This document shows positions 60,897 through 64,000 of a stretch of 64,000 bases of DNA, one piece after another. Source of the stretch: a virus; IMG/VR virus record IMGVR_UViG_3300037424_000898, positions 1-64,000 of that record, one strand, 5' to 3'. Numbering within the stretch: the stretch's first letter is position 1; each line of letters starts with the position of its first letter. Made by a program: the position numbers and the translations under genes. The notes below the pieces were generated by a model. The model was not told the DNA's origin. It was given only the letters and a program-made list of their open reading frames with translations, and ran no database searches.

Positions 60897-61108
60897 GCGA
60901 CGAGACCTGCGCGACCTGCCGCTTCTTCGTTGCTGAGCTGAGTACCATGGAAGGAGACGGCTCGTGCCGACGTCATGCGCCCATAGCACCTAGCGTCTTA
61001 AGCGAGGTCGGCTACATGCAGTCCGCCCGACGTTGGCCTGCGGTGTTTTCCAACGATTGGTGCGGCGACTATGAGCCGGTTCCAGAGGCCACTGAGGCTG
61101 GCGCATGA
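60893..61108 (+). CDS. Small Cys-motif protein, tandem paralog 2
   Basis: C-x2-[27 protein letters not shown] overlap start. Confidence 0.5.
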   Translation: MSDETCATCRFFVAELSTMEGDGSCRRHAPIAPSVLSEVGYMQSARRWPAVFSNDWCGDYEPVPEATEAGA

Positions 61109-61305
61109 AGGTCTGGGTTGTCTTCGACGGCGAATATGAGGCGCGATGCGACCTTGGCGTCTACTCATCGCTGGAAAAGGCGATGGCTGTGTTTCCAAAC
61201 GCCGCATGGGAGGAAGTGCCTCTTGGTCCTGAAGGAGAGCGACGCTGGTATGACGAAGCACACAGGGCCGAAATCGTCCAATGGGAGCTAGACGGGAAAA
61301 CATGA
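61105..61305 (+). CDS. Small hypothetical protein
   Basis: ATGA overlap start. 66 aa. Confidence 0.45.
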   Translation: MKVWVVFDGEYEARCDLGVYSSLEKAMAVFPNAAWEEVPLGPEGERRWYDEAHRAEIVQWELDGKT

Positions 61306-61404
61306 AGTAGAACGTCCCTCTTCGGCCTGAGCGGGCCTAGCTAGCCTGCTGACAAGTCGCTGGCCCAGCGACGGCCGAAGGTTCACAAGGGCCGCAGACA
61401 CAGG

Positions 61405-61451
61405 GCCATCTGCCGTGCCGGACGACATCCGGTGCAGTAGGTGGCTTTTTT
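61405..61451 (+). terminator. Strong intrinsic terminator between the portal-proximal genes and the scaffold gene
   Basis: Bases 61405-61422 pair with 61428-61445: an 18-bp stem with one C/A mismatch and a few G-U pairs, and a 5-nt loop. It is followed by TTTTTT (61446-61451). Confidence 0.7.
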
Positions 61452-61530
61452 GTTGTACGGCCCAGATTCGCGGCCTGACGCCGCGCCGTGTAGTGACTTC
61501 GCGGGCACGCCCCGCGCCGGAGACCGAGAG

Positions 61531-62505
61531 ATGGTAGACGAGACCACGCCCGTCACGCTCGACATCGACCCGCAGGCGACTGCGGCTGCAGGCGCACCTG
61601 CCGCGCCGGAGTCCGTCACGGCCACGCCCGCCGAACCGGCTGGCGAGCCGAAGACTGAGGAGGACGTCGAGGCCACGGCACAAGAGCCGCCCTCGCCGGC
61701 TGGCGACACGCGGACGCCGACGCAGAAGCGCATTGACCGGGCGGTTCGCGGGCAGCGAGAGGCCGAGCGGTTTGCGGCGGCAGCCAGAGAGGAGGCTGCG
61801 CGCCTCAAGGGACGCCTCGAAGTGCTGGAGCAGCAGCGAGCCGCACCGGCCGACGATCGTGCCACCACGGGCACGCTGGCGACTGCCAACGCACTGCCTG
61901 ACGACCCGAAGGATCCCCGCCCGAAGGTGGAGACCTTCGAGAGCTACGAAGACTATGTCCTGGCCACGGGCGCCTGGGCAGGTCGGCAGACCTACAAGAC
62001 GCTGCGAGCACAGGAACGAGCCGAGGAGGAAACTCGGAGGGTCCAACAGGAGACCGAGCGCAAGGCAAAGGAGGAGGAAGCGGGCCGCGCCAAAGTCGTT
62101 TCGCGGGCCAAAGCCTTTGCCGCTGACCATCCGGACTACGACGACGTCGTGACGAATCCCGACTTTCTGGTCTCGAACACGATCGCCGAAGTGCTACTCG
62201 ACCCGGACAACGAGTCTGGGCCGGCGCTCGCGTATGCCCTCGGCCGGAATCTGGCCGAGACGGCGCGGCTCTCCCAGCTTCCGCCCCGGCAGGCGTTGAT
62301 GGAGCTGGGCAGATTCCAGGATCGACACGTCTCGCGGCCCGCAGTGGCCGCAGTGACGCGGGCGGCGACGACACAGGCCCCGCCGCCCATCAACCCGGTG
62401 CGGGGCGCGGCGATGCCGGCCGCCCCGGCGCAGTCCGACATGATGAGCTACTACGCGAGGCGCCGCGCGGAAGGTGCCCCGTTCAAGGATCTGAGCAAAA
62501 TTTGA
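61531..62505 (+). CDS. Scaffolding protein
   Basis: ATG after GGAGACCGAGAG. Acidic Pro/Ala-rich N-terminus, long charged helices, located between the portal and coat genes. Confidence 0.65.
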   Translation: MVDETTPVTLDIDPQATAAAGAPAAPESVTATPAEPAGEPKTEEDVEATAQEPPSPAGDTRTPTQKRIDRAVRGQREAERFAAAAREEAARLKGRLEVLEQQRAAPADDRATTGTLATANALPDDPKDPRPKVETFESYEDYVLATGAWAGRQTYKTLRAQERAEEETRRVQQETERKAKEEEAGRAKVVSRAKAFAADHPDYDDVVTNPDFLVSNTIAEVLLDPDNESGPALAYALGRNLAETARLSQLPPRQALMELGRFQDRHVSRPAVAAVTRAATTQAPPPINPVRGAAMPAAPAQSDMMSYYARRRAEGAPFKDLSKI

Positions 62506-62641
62506 GTAAGTAGGGTCAGCGTCAGCACACTCGTGGACTTCGTGCCACGTCGCTCGTAACTCGATGGCCGAGCGTGCAGAAGCCATCGCCGGAGTGAACA
62601 ACCCATGACGACAACTCGGATCACTCCAAGAGGTTACGGCA

Positions 62642-63886
62642 GTGGCCAACACGAATTTGACCATCGAAATGATCACCCAGGAATCCCTCGCGGTCCTGGT
62701 GAATCAGCTGGGATTCACAGGCAAGGTGAATCGCCAGTACGACAGCCGCTTTGCGGTGTCGGGCGCGAAGATCGGGGACGTGCTGAACGTGCGGAAGCCC
62801 GTTCGGTACACGGTGTCCACTGGGCAGGCGCTTGACATCCAGGACGCGAAGGAAACCTCGGTCCCGGTGAAGCTCGACACCCAGAACCACGTCGATTTCC
62901 AGTTCTCCTCACAGGATCTCGCTCTCACCATCGACTTGTTCCGAGAGCGCTACATCTCGCCAGCCGTGGCGGCGCTCGCCAACAAGATCGACCAGAACGG
63001 TCTGCTGCTCTACAAGCAGATTTACAACCACGTTGGGACGCCGGCCACGGTGCCGAGTGCGCTCCTGACCTACCTGCAGGCAGGCGCCAAGCTCGATAGC
63101 AACGCGGCGCCGAAGGACAACCTGCGCTACGCGGCGCTCGATCCGACCATGCAGGTCACGCTCATGAACTCGATGTTGGCCTACTTCAACCCGACCGGGA
63201 CGATGAGCCAGCAGTTCCGCACCGGGGAGATGGGCGAGGCGGGCGGCTTCCGGTTCTTCATGGACCAGAACATCGCCACGCACACGGTCGGCAACGCGGT
63301 CGGGACGCCCGTGACGAACGGGACCACGGCGCACGGTGCAACGACCGTCGTGACGGATGGCTGGACGAACTCGTCCAGCACCACGAACCTGAAGCAGGGC
63401 GACGTCATCAGCATCACGGACGTCTACGCGGTCAACCCGCAGTCGCGGCAGAGCACCGGGTCCCTGATGCAGTTCGTTGTGACCCAGGACATCAGCGACA
63501 CGGCCGGCGGGATCACCATCCCGATCAGCCCGACCATCTACCTGTCGGGTGCGGAGCAGAACTGCTACTGCGCGACCGTGCCGATTCCGTCCGAGAAGGC
63601 GATCAAGGTCTTCGACACGGCGCAGGCCGGACTGGCCGCACTCGCGCAGGACTCCACGCCGCAGGGTCTCTGCTTCCATCGGGACGCCTTCTGTCTGGCG
63701 ACGGCGGATCTGCCGAAGCCGGGTGGAACGGACATGAGCGGACGGGCCTCGGACGAGCAGTTGGGGCTGAGCATCCGCATCATCCGGCAGTACGACATCA
63801 ACACGGATCTCTGGCCGTGCCGGCTGGACATCCTCTACGGCTGGGCGGTGCTGCGTCCCGAACTCGCGTGCCGGGTTAGCTCGTAA
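62642..63886 (+). CDS. Major capsid protein (P22 coat-like)
   Basis: 414 aa, located after the scaffold gene. The C-terminus LGLSIRIIRQYDINTDLWPCRLDILYGWAVLRPE resembles the P22 gp5 C-terminus (..CRIALWYGVNATRPE). Confidence 0.8.
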   Translation: MANTNLTIEMITQESLAVLVNQLGFTGKVNRQYDSRFAVSGAKIGDVLNVRKPVRYTVSTGQALDIQDAKETSVPVKLDTQNHVDFQFSSQDLALTIDLFRERYISPAVAALANKIDQNGLLLYKQIYNHVGTPATVPSALLTYLQAGAKLDSNAAPKDNLRYAALDPTMQVTLMNSMLAYFNPTGTMSQQFRTGEMGEAGGFRFFMDQNIATHTVGNAVGTPVTNGTTAHGATTVVTDGWTNSSSTTNLKQGDVISITDVYAVNPQSRQSTGSLMQFVVTQDISDTAGGITIPISPTIYLSGAEQNCYCATVPIPSEKAIKVFDTAQAGLAALAQDSTPQGLCFHRDAFCLATADLPKPGGTDMSGRASDEQLGLSIRIIRQYDINTDLWPCRLDILYGWAVLRPELACRVSS

Positions 63887-64000
63887 CGCTGGCCTCTATC
63901 GTCAACGCTCTTTCCACTGTCTGAAAGGAGGGCCTGGATTACCGGCCCTCCCAGGACGGAAGGACCAGGACAATGTCTCTCACCTCTACGACCATTGCGG

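Overview
The window is one complete, circularly closed unit of about 63.9 kb: bases 1-75 are identical to 63926-64000. It is a GC-rich temperate phage or prophage genome with P22-like podovirus morphogenesis genes. All family calls below come from motifs read by eye; no database search was run.

Gene order on the + strand:
- two paralogous post-capsid proteins (48-1385)
- a 7.7-kb glycosyltransferase / methyltransferase / sugar-dehydratase island (1.4-9.1 kb)
- a gp4-like adaptor
- a gp10-like hub protein that is split and partly duplicated
- fibre and spike proteins (11-20 kb)
- a tandem GNAT gene
- four large Ala/Gly/Gln-rich putative ejection proteins (21-27 kb)
- a beta-helix tailspike cassette bracketed by two reverse-strand HNH-like genes (27.4-31.4 kb)
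- an endolysin and accessory genes (31-36 kb)
- attP carrying a tRNA 3' fragment, an integrase, and divergent CI/Cro-like repressors (36-38.6 kb)
- early and replication genes (38.6-55 kb), including an SSB-like protein, nucleases and a primase-helicase
- terS, terL, portal, scaffold and a P22-type coat protein (55.4-63.9 kb)

Genes are tightly packed, with many ATGA/GTGA overlaps.

Most unusual observations:
1. A roughly 750-bp non-coding, strictly phased array of about 43 ten-bp boxes separated by variable 8-mers (41.3-42.1 kb).
2. The sugar-enzyme island sits inside the structural module, and strictly alternating (Ser-X)n tracts occur in five virion-type proteins. Together these suggest virion O-glycosylation.
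3. The gp10-like gene is interrupted at an in-frame TAG, and its C-terminal module is reused on a second protein.
4. Amber stops cluster in the tail and ejection block.
5. An AT-rich iteron cluster lies inside the primase-helicase gene.
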